Assembly (NCBI RefSeq): GCF_003704095.1 | Contig: NW_020843911.1 | Span: 62,001 to 124,318, forward strand | Source: Pocillopora damicornis | Lineage: Eukaryota | Length of the DNA: 62,318 bases | Direction of reading: 5' to 3' | Part shown: one piece after another, positions 37,149 to 47,080 of the stretch | How positions within the stretch are numbered: position 1 is the stretch's first letter | Layout: the number at the start of each line of letters is the position of its first letter | Position numbers and translations under genes: made by a program | The notes under the pieces: generated by a model | The model's input: the letters and a program-made list of their open reading frames with translations, nothing else | Told to the model about the DNA's origin: nothing | The model's database searches: none

Positions 37149-38060
37149 AGAGCAATTTCCAATCGAGTGTTGAAAAAATCTGTTGTTGCTTTGTTTTTGC
37201 TTTACTTTGCTCTGTAATTGGTGTAGAAAACTTGCACTTCTTTTTTAACCAATCAGTTGCAACACTAAAATCAATCAGGACTTGGTCACCAGTGTTTTCC
37301 TGCCCTTGAAGTAGTTTGGTCAGTTTTACTTTGAGTTTTCATTGCCTCTTTAAGGTGATTCCTCAGTATTACACTGTGTGTCCTCTACTGCCCGTAAAAA
37401 TCATGTAATCAAGCGAATAAGTGTGCATGCATTTCAAGCAGGTATAATGGTCTTAAGCTCTTGAATGAGCACAGCAAACTATATTGTGTAATGTTTAATT
37501 TTGGTGTACAAATTATCCCCTCTAAATTGGAGAAGTTAAAAGACATTCATCAAAGGGAAAAAAAGATATAACTAAAGGCATGCACGAAGCCTGTTATTCG
37601 ATGACACTAATTTTGACATTGAAAGCAAAGACTTTAGGAACCTTTCAAGTTGATGTTGTTTATAATTTCCTGATGTTCCCACAAATTATATTTTATCAAA
37701 TTGTTCCATACAAGTAAGACTTTCTACCTCTCAAGTATTTTTTGTGTCGTTCAAGAACCCTTGCTTCAAGCTACTGCAATATGTACCATGAACTATTGAA
37801 ATGATGTATGAGATTAGTGCCAGTACAGGCATATGGGGTAAGTTTGGCCCATCATATTCCTTAAACAAGCACAGGGAACTATCTTTTTAATGTATTTTTT
37901 TCCAAAATTGACATTGGTAAGGAACATTTCAGGATAGTCAAAAAAAAGTTTGATAACTTTTTTTTTCTGAGGAATCACCTGAAGGTATTTTCCGTTTTTC
38001 AAATGGGCAGTTGTGATTACTTTGGTTTTGGTATTGCTTCACTTAATGGAAAGTGCTCTA
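37149..38060 (+). mobile_element. MITE family C copy split by a 626-bp insertion
   Basis: Left part 37149-37353 and right part 37980-38060 join into a full family C element, with inverted ends agagcaatttccaatcgagtg and cacttaatggaaagtgctcta. Confidence 0.8.
37354..37979. mobile_element. Non-autonomous DNA transposon with 13-bp perfect TIRs at a TTAA site (Kolobok-like)
   Basis: GGTGATTCCTCAG (37354-37366) and CTGAGGAATCACC (37967-37979), flanked by TTAA (37350-37353) and TGAA (37980-37983). It interrupts the host element at a TTAA that is intact in the 34650 copy. Confidence 0.75.
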
Positions 38061-38089
38061 TTATTAGCAGCAGTACTAGTATAAGTAAC

Positions 38090-38141
38090 AGTATTAGTAC
38101 CAGTATTAGTACCAGTATCAGTACCAATATTAGTACCAGTA
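38090..38141 (+). repeat. 12-bp minisatellite (agtattagtacc)n
   Basis: About four imperfect tandem units. Confidence 0.85.
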
Positions 38142-38292
38142 AGATTTTCTCTTCTCACTAAGATTGAGCATATTTTCAAAAGTGACAGAAATAATTACAG
38201 TTATAAGACCCCTTCAAAGAAACATCGATCACCCCTTTGCTGAGTAAATGGATGAGTATTTACAAATAATTCTAATCAGCTTCATTGTCATC

Positions 38293-38450
38293 ACCCTTTG
38301 CACCAGGCTAACATTAGCATTCATATTCTCCACACAGTTTTCTTTACAATTCCTGTTGTACCCACAAGGAGAATTTGTGTGACAATCAGGAGCTTCTTAA
38401 GTTGGTGATCATTTCTGTTATTCCTTTGACATTAACATTTGATTCAAGGG
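38293..38450 (+). mobile_element. Partial copy of MITE family B
   Basis: accctttgcacc...aacattagcattcatattctccacacagtt...acaaggagaatttgt...aatcaggagcttctt...gttggtgatcattt...tttgattcaaggg aligns with 42104-42516. Confidence 0.75.
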
Positions 38451-39424
38451 TTTCTTGTCATGGAACAACAAAGTTGACATCCTCTGAAGGATTATAATGA
38501 TGCAAAACTCTGTTATGCTACAATTAAGGCCCAGATAGCACTGGTATATGATGTTAATCTTGAGGAAAATTTCCATAAATGCCCTTGTACTAAAAATGTT
38601 CAGTAACTCAGATCAGCAGAACTTGTCTATGTTCAGTAGGCCCTACATATTTATTTATGATCTGCTCACTATGAGCTATTATGGAATAAATACACCTTAC
38701 ATAATTCCATGATTTTACATATAAATTACATAAACAATTCTCCATTTGGTGCAAAAATATGCTCACATATTTCTCCATGGACATCATCTGTTCAGAGAGC
38801 AAAGCTCCAAGAAAGGTGTGAACTTTGAGGAACAGATAATGTCCAAGGACAAATAAGAGCATATTTTCATGCCAAGTGGAGGATATTGCATTTGACAAGC
38901 GGGAAAAATGTTATGAACAACTTACTGTTTACAGAATGGTATGTTTACTATTCAGTGTTCTCTGATATGATTTCATGAAAAATAAAAACATGTTCCTTCT
39001 TCTGTAACAACCACATTCACTTTCTCATCTTGAAGTAAATTTTAAAAGTAGGTTGTCTGTATTGGAGGGTTTGAAAATTGGGGAATATCACCTGGGTTTA
39101 TCCTTGGATATCCCCCAGTTTTAGTTGGGGGAAATTCAGTTGTTTGATTGCACGCAAGCAAAAATATTGGTAGGATTGAAAGCATAGATACTTTGTGAGT
39201 TGCACAGTATTTTCTGGCGTCCCGTATGGAAGAGGCAAAGGAGCAATGAGCTTAATATCTGCTCATATTACAATTACATGAAACTATCAAATAAGGGATT
39301 TATTATACCACAGTATCATCTCATTTTTATAGTATTTGGTTTCTGGTTTTTGAAAGAAAGAGAAATTCAGATGTATTCAATGCAAACTTTTTATAAGATG
39401 GTCTAAATACACATAACTTGAGAG

Positions 39425-42400
39425 TCACTTCAGAACACTATCCAACCAGTCTTCAAGATCATCTTCCCTTTCCTTTGTAAACTGGTCAGCAGATGAGTTT
39501 GTTGTTGGCAATGAACCTTTGTCAGATGTATCCAGCTAATTAAAAATAAGAGCAAATAACAATTTGAGTTGAGAATACCAGTTGTGTTGTTCAGCTAATT
39601 GTCCAAATGAATTTCCAAGGTGTTAAGTCAATCAATATCCCTGTTCTACAGTCACAACTTATAACACATTTCAATCAATATTCATTTCACTTAAGACATG
39701 CATCTCACAACATATTAAATATTCACAGCTAACATACAAGCCATGCAGTCAAGTTGATCTATTCCCATGATGATTACATACTTAGAGATCAACAGCTCAA
39801 GAGGGATGGGAAAAAAGAACTAAAATTTTGTTAAATCACAAGTAGGTGAAGATTGACTTCAATGGGGCTAGTCTTTGTCTATGGATGCTGTTATTTGGAA
39901 TGCTGAGTGACAGCTATGATCAGAGGATAATGTAGGTCACTCCTTAGAATCTCAAAATGCATTCAATAGGGAAAGATTTGATTATTGAATGTTTTTCTTT
40001 GACAATCTGAATGATAAATGCATTTTGATTGGGTGTTACTGATGATATATTGGTGGACAGATGCATAGATAATTTCCTCATTTACAAGTTTATTCTTTGT
40101 TATCATATCGAGCAAATAGATTCCATGTTGCCGTGTACAACAAGAGACCACAGAAGATGTCAAAATGTGGTAAAAACATCTGTGACAAACTTGGTTGTGC
40201 CTCATTTGCCATTCTTTTGTTCTTACCACACTATGACATCATCTGCGATCTATAACTGAACTGAGGCATGGAAACTTAGAATCTATTGTTTACTGGAGTA
40301 TGTTTGTCCTTTGACCTTTGACTATTATCTAACCTTTTTTGTTTCCCCTACAGTGAATGACATTCTTTCATTACAACTATTTCCTCCAGGAGTGTCGAGT
40401 GAAAGAAGGAAATCAAGGTCATCATCTTCTTCATCGTTGCTTGATTTAATCACTTGTTCAGTTCTACCAGTCTGTGGACTATCTGCAGTGTTAACAGTTT
40501 TTAACACATCTTTCAAAGAACTCTGTAATTTTTTGGTGTTTTTAAGGCTACCAGGCTCACTTGTGAATCCAGAATGCTTTGAAAGGAGTGAACCCTCACT
40601 GTAGCCATTCAATGAACCAGTTGAAAATTTACCAGATTCACCATCAGTCTGTTGAAAAGGTCTTTTTGGTAAATCCTTTACAGTTTTTTTCTTAGTAGGC
40701 AATGCTTGTAATTCTGCATATTGAGAAGGGTTTTCATGTAAATTTCTGGCAGATGAGGTTAGACACTTGGTCATTGCATCATCTTTGCTTGACGGTGAAG
40801 TGCACTGATCTTTAGAGCATGCTTGTGCTTTTAGTTTGAACACTTCAATGATATCTGGCTGAGGAACAAAAAACATTTCTCTAGTACTTTATAGGTAAGA
40901 TATCTCTGTCAATTAAAGACTGATGATTATACATTTTGTAGAATACTGTAACATTAACAATGAAGTTTTGATGATGAAGCTCATCACCGAAAGGAGACTG
41001 ACACCAGGTTGCCAAAATTTTCCCATCCAGAACAGAAGTGACTGCATTGTAAGACAAATGTTACCCCTTTGACCATTATTAAAATAGAATGACACAATTT
41101 TGCATCACATCACATCCAACATGACGCACAGTTCACTACCTGATACACACAGTTCACTACCTAATATATCAGCTATGCCTGCTAGCTGTCTGTTAGTCAT
41201 GGTCATGCTTGCCATCAGCAAAATCCACCTCTTATACCTGCCAAATTTTACTAAGTCAAATGCAGAATTTCCAAAAAATGTTCTGCTGAATTCTGACGAT
41301 TTCTCAAAGCCTTTTGAATGCCACCAAACATGTCCAAAGATGTTCCAATGGCTGACACATGAACTGACATTTTAGCATGTTCTGATACAGTTAGGACTCA
41401 AAGTTGATGTTAAGCACCCCCTGTTGGAACATTTTCAAGAAATATGAACTGAATTTTTGTTTTTTATGTGTTAGAGAAAAAATCATCCAGATTTTCAGGT
41501 CAGGCATGAGAAATTGTCCTCAGATCAACATCTTTGGTCCACAGGTGTGAGACTCATGCATAATGCATGAGAACTGCCAGCTATAATGTCTTGTCAAATT
41601 GAACATTTTAGGTATTGCAAGGCTAGAAACTATTACTCCTAAAATTAAATTGAACAAAGCAACAACACTAAACCCAATGGTGTCGAAGTGCTGATGTGGC
41701 AATGAACTGTTAAATACCAGTATTACTTACCAAGGATATAAAGAGAGGAAATTGTACATATGATGAATATCAAGAAAAAAGTATGCTTCATGGGAATTTC
41801 AAAAGAAGAAACTGTGATACCCACATGTATTTCATCTTGTGAAATGTCAAGACGCTTGTGTAAAGGAACACAGTTCAAAGAACTTGCCAGGGCTCCAAAG
41901 TCTATCTCAAGTGCTGAAGTAGCCTGAAATGCCAAAAGAAAAAGTAAATGCAAATTAACCCTTGCAGATTACTCTTTATCCACAGAGGAGCAAAACTTGA
42001 GGAGCTTTTGTTCTCATGCAAGCCTTTTCATTATTGACTTCTTGCGAATTCATTTTTGTAAAGATTGCCAATGTGGTAGTGAACTCCCTAATTTTGCTAC
42101 TAACCCTTTACACCCTAACATCAGTATGCATATTCTCCATACTGTTCTCTATACAATTCCTATGGTGTTGACAAGGAGAATTTGTTTATCAATCAAGAGC
42201 TTCTTTAGTTGGTGATCATGTCCTTTATTCTCATAAACATTAACATTTTAACCCCTAAGAGTGACTAGCATCTTATTTCTCCTTACAGTATCACCCCTGA
42301 ATCAAACATTAAGGTCATGAGAATAATGGAAATGATCAGCAAGTATAGGAGCTCTTGATTGTTAAGCAAAATCTCCTCGTCAGCACCTAAGGAAATGTGT

Positions 42401-44583
42401 AGAAAACAGTAAGGAGAATATGCATACTGATCTTAGGGTGTAAAGGGTTAATGTTTGATTCAGGAGTGATACTGTGAGGAGAAATTAAATGCTGGTCACC
42501 CTTAGGGATATGAGGGTTAACTACTTGCCAAATCCTACATTGAACATCGCAGAGTTCCTATGGTAAATCAATTTTTGACTTACCTGTGTTGGCTCACCAT
42601 CAGTTTCTTGATCCCAATCTTTTTCTGACTGAAACCGAAACTGTGAAGCAGGATCAGCTGAAAGATGATACGAAAAGATTATCTTTTTAAACTCTAACAT
42701 CAGCTTGCATATTCTCCATATGGTTCTCTATATGTTTCCAGTAGAACTGATATGGAGAAACTACTCAACAATTAAGAAATTAAGTGCTCCTCCTTCCTGT
42801 TTGATCCCACTGCAGTACCATACAGAGAAATAAGATGCCAATCATTCTTAGTGATTAAATGGCTTGAGTTAACAAGTCTTACAACAATTGCCATGTACAC
42901 TGATTTTTCTGAATACAAATTGGCAACTCTTAGAGTTTTACCTGATCTTTGAAGAAGAACACTAAAGTCCTCTCCTCTTCTTAAAATGTTTTCATTGTCA
43001 TCTTCATCTTCTCCTGTATCTGAAATAAAGTAATATTTGAACATATATATTTCCATGAATTCAGTTTCATGAATTGAACTCTTTAAATAATATATGACTT
43101 GTCACCATGCAGCTATCACATAAAATGTCTCCGTGATCACGTTGTTTGTAAGACCATGACCTTTGACCTCCCCTTTATGACAACTAGGTCATGGGGTTTT
43201 TGTTAGGAAATGTAGTAGCAACACAGTAGGGTAAATTAACAATAGAATGATCCCTGCATCATAATAGATTCTGTGATTTGCAATACCTGACTCATGACAA
43301 CAGCCTGTCTAAAGTATATTGCCTCAAATGGGCTCCAATTTATTGGTTTAATCTCTCAGGGAGTCAAATTCTTCTTGAGAAGAGGATTAATCCTTTAACT
43401 CCCAGAGTAGATCAACATGAAACTTCTCCCCAAAATATCCATATATTATCCAGCACACAGGCAATGAGAATGTTCAAACTTATCAGGTAGAAGCTGCTAT
43501 ATTGATCTAATACTGAATTCTCATATCTAAGTTACAAGGAAATGTGTAGCAGTAGAGGGGAGAATTAACAATCAGACCTTGGGAGTTTAAGGGTGAAGAA
43601 GTTCTGTCTCCTATTACATCAGATCCAGCAATTTATGACACTATATACTGGATTGCTCTCAATCAATACCCAGGACATTCACAAAAATATTTTATGAGAC
43701 GGGATTGAGTGTATTTCACACTATAAAAAAAGCAGATGGCTAAAATGCAGAATAAGGATCAGAGGTAGATATAATTGCAATCTTTGACTTTCTTTCTTGA
43801 GTTAAGGATGCCACTGTTCAATGCTGAACAACAGTCCAAATCGACAAGGCACATTTATAAAAGCTAAACCCTATATTTGGTCAAACACAGATATTGCAGC
43901 TAAACAAATGACATAAAATATCAAGGAGTGATCAAAGTCAGTACTGTGCCTGCTATCATATCAACTTGACTAAATGTTATTAGCCCGTCCCTGCTGCAGA
44001 ATGCTCTGACAAGAACCCAAATCCTATAGACTTAGGAAAGCATCCATTCTCAAATACACGCCAAATAACATGCAATTCAAAGTAGTAACCAAGGCAAAAT
44101 AAATTGGTCCTGAAGTGATTGTGTGTTCTGCAGCCTTTCCAAGCAGATCGCTGGGAACACCTTCACCTCTGGGTCTCAATGTTTGTGACCTCACAGTGAA
44201 TCTTTGCGGAAACCCATTTTAAGAATCTGGTGCTCAACTTTTAATTAACTCACCTTGCTCAAGGTCTCCATACCTATCCCAGTTGCTTGAGATATTTCTC
44301 CTTGAGAACTTCCTCTGATCTCCACAACAAACATAAAAATGTATATTAATACGAGAGCTTATAACAGTATCAGATTATTAAATATCGCAGACATTATTTT
44401 GCAATTCAGTACACAGTTCATTACCCCGTCAGTTTCCGCTAGATCGACGTTTCCTTGCGATTCTGTAGATTCTTTTCCTTCATTAGTTTCCTTCTTTTCT
44501 TTAGAGGTTGTCTTCTTTTCGGAAATTCCGTGTTTTTTCTTGTATTGTGCGCGCTGTTTTTTCTTATGTTCATCCGGTCTCAT
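39425..44583 (-). CDS. AVEN: Cell death regulator Aven homologue, 7 exons, 368 aa
   Basis: Minus-strand exons 44583-44425, 44314-44254, 43019-42942, 42657-42584, 41923-41825, 40858-40334 and 39535-39425. All GT-AG, phases 0,1,1,0,0,0, total 1107 nt. Aven motifs in order: FSRRNISSNWDRY, RGEDFSVLL, SQFRFQSEKDWD, LASSLNCVPLHKRLDI, DDDLDFLLSL and C-terminal DDLEDWLDSVL. Confidence 0.92.
42104..42516 (+). mobile_element. piggyBac-type MITE family B (outer copy) in AVEN intron 4
   Basis: Begins ctaa|CCCTTTACACCCTAAC and ends CTTAGGGATATGAGGG|ttaa. About 205 bp once the nested copy is removed. Confidence 0.85.
42244..42447 (-). mobile_element. piggyBac-type MITE family B (inner, inverted copy) with TTAA duplication
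   Basis: 204-bp reverse-complement copy of the same family, flanked by TTAA at 42240-42243 and 42448-42451. Ends TAGGGTGTAAAGGG|ttaa. Confidence 0.85.
42684..42866 (+). mobile_element. Degenerate MITE family B copy in AVEN intron 3
   Basis: ctaacatcagcttgcatattctccata...gttctctata...ggagaa...gagaaataagatgccaatcattcttag follows the family B motif order. Confidence 0.55.
43391..43593. mobile_element. piggyBac-type MITE family A, full-length copy in AVEN intron 2
   Basis: ttaa|TCCTTTAACTCCCA...TGGGAGTTTAAGGG|tgaa: imperfect 14-bp TIRs with a TTAA-like flank. Related copies at 43-165 and 2870-3020. Confidence 0.8.
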
Positions 44584-44721
44584 CTTGAAATGAGCATACG
44601 GAATATTTTTACAGCGGAGTCACGTACTCATCATGCGCACTCAGACACACAAATCCAAAATGGCAGACGAAGGGTAAGCGGTTCCTTAAATAATTGTTTC
44701 ATACTGTTATTTGTTTGGAAA
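44584..44721. promoter_or_regulatory. Putative bidirectional promoter shared by AVEN and SDHAF1
   Basis: Only 138 bp separate the divergent start codons. CpG density rises here, and the interval contains gtcacgt, catgcgca and CAAAATGGC motifs. Confidence 0.7.
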
Positions 44722-44961
44722 ATGGTGCGAAGTCGCCTTCAGAAGGAAGTACTCTCTTTATATCGAAGATTTCTACGTGCAAGCCAAGACAAGCCTGGTT
44801 TTACAGAACACATAAAATATGAGTTCCGAAAAAACTCTGGGATACCTAAGACGGACGGTCTTCGCATCGAGTACTTGTTGAGAAGGGCACAGAATCAACT
44901 CAAACAACTCGAAAAGATGGAATGTAAATCAATGGGATTCTTTGCACAGCATGAAGATTAG
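44722..44961 (+). CDS. SDHAF1: Succinate dehydrogenase assembly factor 1 (LYR-motif protein), 79 aa, intronless
   Basis: MVRSRLQKEVLSLYRRFLRASQDKPGFTEHIKYEFRKNSGIPKTDGLRIEYLLRRAQNQLKQL...MGFF has the LYR motif plus the SDHAF1 signatures SRLQxxVLSLYR, EFR, PxxDxLRIEYLxRR and terminal MGxF. Start context aaaATGG. Confidence 0.93.
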   Translation: MVRSRLQKEVLSLYRRFLRASQDKPGFTEHIKYEFRKNSGIPKTDGLRIEYLLRRAQNQLKQLEKMECKSMGFFAQHED

Positions 44962-45300
44962 CAGAGGTGATTTGAGAGCAAGTTATTTTTCTTTCGGAAA
45001 TATATCAATCTCAACGCGATCAGGATATTGCATCAGACCTACTCCAGGCTGATTGTCGAAGCCACTTTATGTGGAGAATGAACGCGACAATTCGCAGGCT
45101 AAGCATGATTTTTGGAGTGATTATTTGGATATTTATTTGTCAGAAAGAGGACGAGCAAAGGAGATAATAGTTACTTTTCCCAGTAAACGCGTCGCTGGAT
45201 CAAGAAGATGAGTATCTGGAGGTTTCGCCCCATTACAAGTTTGCCTCCATACGTCAGTGCGAGTTGGCCCCTTGCAATAAAACAAGTTTACCCCAACCTT

Positions 45301-45580
45301 CATCTTATTCTATGTACAAAACATGACGCTATCGACACTGCTGATCCCAGCAGTATGCAAGACCCACGTCATATATGAACTTCGCAATGGCATTGCTCAC
45401 CATAGAGTCTCAATGGCCTAGTGGTAGAGTATCGGAGCGTGAAATCCGGAGGTCTTAGGTTCGACTTTTCATGGGAACTCATAATTTTTTATTTGTCCCA
45501 CGCTCGTGACAAGATGAAAAAACATCTTTCTCTATTTCTTTACCGAGCTTAAAGTTACCGTCTTTCTTCTTCTTTTTACA
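45301..45580 (+). repeat. tRNA-derived (SINE-like) repeat, family D, with tRNA-like core at 45405-45481
   Basis: A-box TGGCCTAGTGG (45414-45424), B-box-like GGTTCGACT (45458-45466), anticodon-like stem CGGA...TCCG, degenerate acceptor stem GAGTCTC/GGAACTC. Fragments at about 700-770 and 13168-13270. Not an intact tRNA. Confidence 0.7.
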
Positions 45581-46465
45581 TTTCAAGACTTGTTGCTCAT
45601 TTTGCTAAAGTAATTTTTCGAAAGTGAAAGTGTTTCCAAACTCAGACTCTCCTTTTTGCTTTACCTTTCAAAATACATTCAATTTCTAAATGCGTTTATC
45701 TGCAGTGGTGTAAAATGTATGGCGATAAGCTAACATCCGGTGTTAGTCTGTGCGCTCTAGTGCAAAGTTTCTTTTATGTTATTCATCGCGAAAAAAATTG
45801 ATCGAGAAAATGCTAGTCTTGCAATGCTTGTTTATTGTGAGCATTGGTTGTGAAAGTAACCAAAGAGATACTTCGATGAATGTGTTGAGAGGTTCGTCGA
45901 GAACTATATCAGTTTCTTTAGCGTATGCAAGGCAGCCTGCGGAACCGGAAGCGTAAGTGCTAGTTACGCGCGAGGATTCGCGTTCACCTCGCGTTTGCCT
46001 TCGTTTGCGCGAAAAAATTACTCCTTGATGAGTCTCTATACAATACCAAAGTAATATTTGAATGAAACATCTAAATAACGCCGAGTATAAGAGTGAAGTC
46101 TGATTTTTTTTAAATTTTTTTTTCCTTCACCTTTTTTTTAATACGTGTAGGATCAAAGTAAATCTTTGTCCCAGATGACCCGAATTATTCATAATCTGCG
46201 TTTACGACATGAAGCTCATGCATTGCTTCGAAAGAGTTCTCTATGATGTCGATTCGTTTTTTATTGTTTTAGACTAGTTTGTTCACGCCATAAAAAGATA
46301 TTACATGATATTATTAGTTCCTATTATTTGTTCCTTTCCTATACAGAAAATACATAATCCATAATAAAAATACATAATACATAATAAAATACATGTATTC
46401 GATGGATGTGTTGAGAGGTTCGTCGTTCGAAAAGGTTCGAAAATGGACGTAGGCATCCTTAAACG

Positions 46466-46660
46466 AGAGTCTTATTACGATTAACCATTAGCTGTAATAA
46501 AACGGCAAAACAATTTAGCCGTTGGGTGCAAAATTACTAAATTTTAAGCATTAGTCAAAAAGACAGCTAACTGTAAACATTTTCCTTTGTAACTTTAACG
46601 TTAAAAAAAATTTAAATTTCAACCGTTATCAGTAAAAGCCATTACCCCATGGGACCTTCT
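46466..46660. mobile_element. Degenerate MITE family F (TAACCGTTA-type internal repeats)
   Basis: Right end aaccgttatcagtaaaagccattaccccatgggaccttct resembles the reverse complement of the left end of 51941-52053. Confidence 0.45.
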
Positions 46661-46684
46661 AAAGCGAAGTACACTTAAACGTCT

Positions 46685-47080
46685 AAAATCAGACAGGAGT
46701 GTTCGACATCGCCGCGTCTGTGAACCGATGGTAGCGTCCGGAACCGTACGGAAATGTTTAAAATCGGACCGAAGAGTCACGAATAAAGACAGTAACGTCA
46801 GGAATGTGATGGAATTGTCTTAGGTCGTGGAGAATAGCCCAGGATTTGAAAATGGACAAAAGTTTCCGAAATCGGACAGAGGTGGTCGTAAACAGACGGA
46901 TCTATGATGCAATGGACGGAAGCGTCCGAAAAAAAAACTTATAAGTTCAAAAATCGGAAAGAAGTATCCAAAGTCGAACCGATGTGTTTGTACGAAAACG
47001 AACTAAAATCTTTCATAATTCCAAAATCGGACGGAAGGTTCTAAATCCGGACGAAAGTGTCTACAAACCGACATAACGCC
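46685..47080 (+). repeat. Degenerate minisatellite, unit about 20-21 bp, approximate consensus AAATCGGACGGAAGTGTCCG
   Basis: Units include aaatcggaccgaagagtcacg, aaaatggacaaaagtttccg, aaatcggacagaggtggtcg, aatggacggaagcgtccg, aaaatcggaaagaagtatcca, aaaatcggacggaaggttct and aaatccggacgaaagtgtct. Confidence 0.7.

Noticed and set aside
38700-39180. Repeat-like segment between C6orf120 and AVEN
   Set aside because: Looks like an interspersed repeat but has no second copy or clear termini in this window.
44455-44721. 89-aa N-terminal extension of SDHAF1 in the 168-aa ORF call
   Set aside because: It starts at a non-ATG codon and is largely the antisense of AVEN exon 1. Family similarity begins at ATG 44722.
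45405-45481. Functional tRNA gene
   Set aside because: Mismatched acceptor and T stems, an 8-nt anticodon loop and degenerate sister copies indicate a tRNA-derived repeat.
46685-47080. CRISPR array
   Set aside because: Eukaryotic context, degenerate abutting units, no unique spacers and no cas genes.
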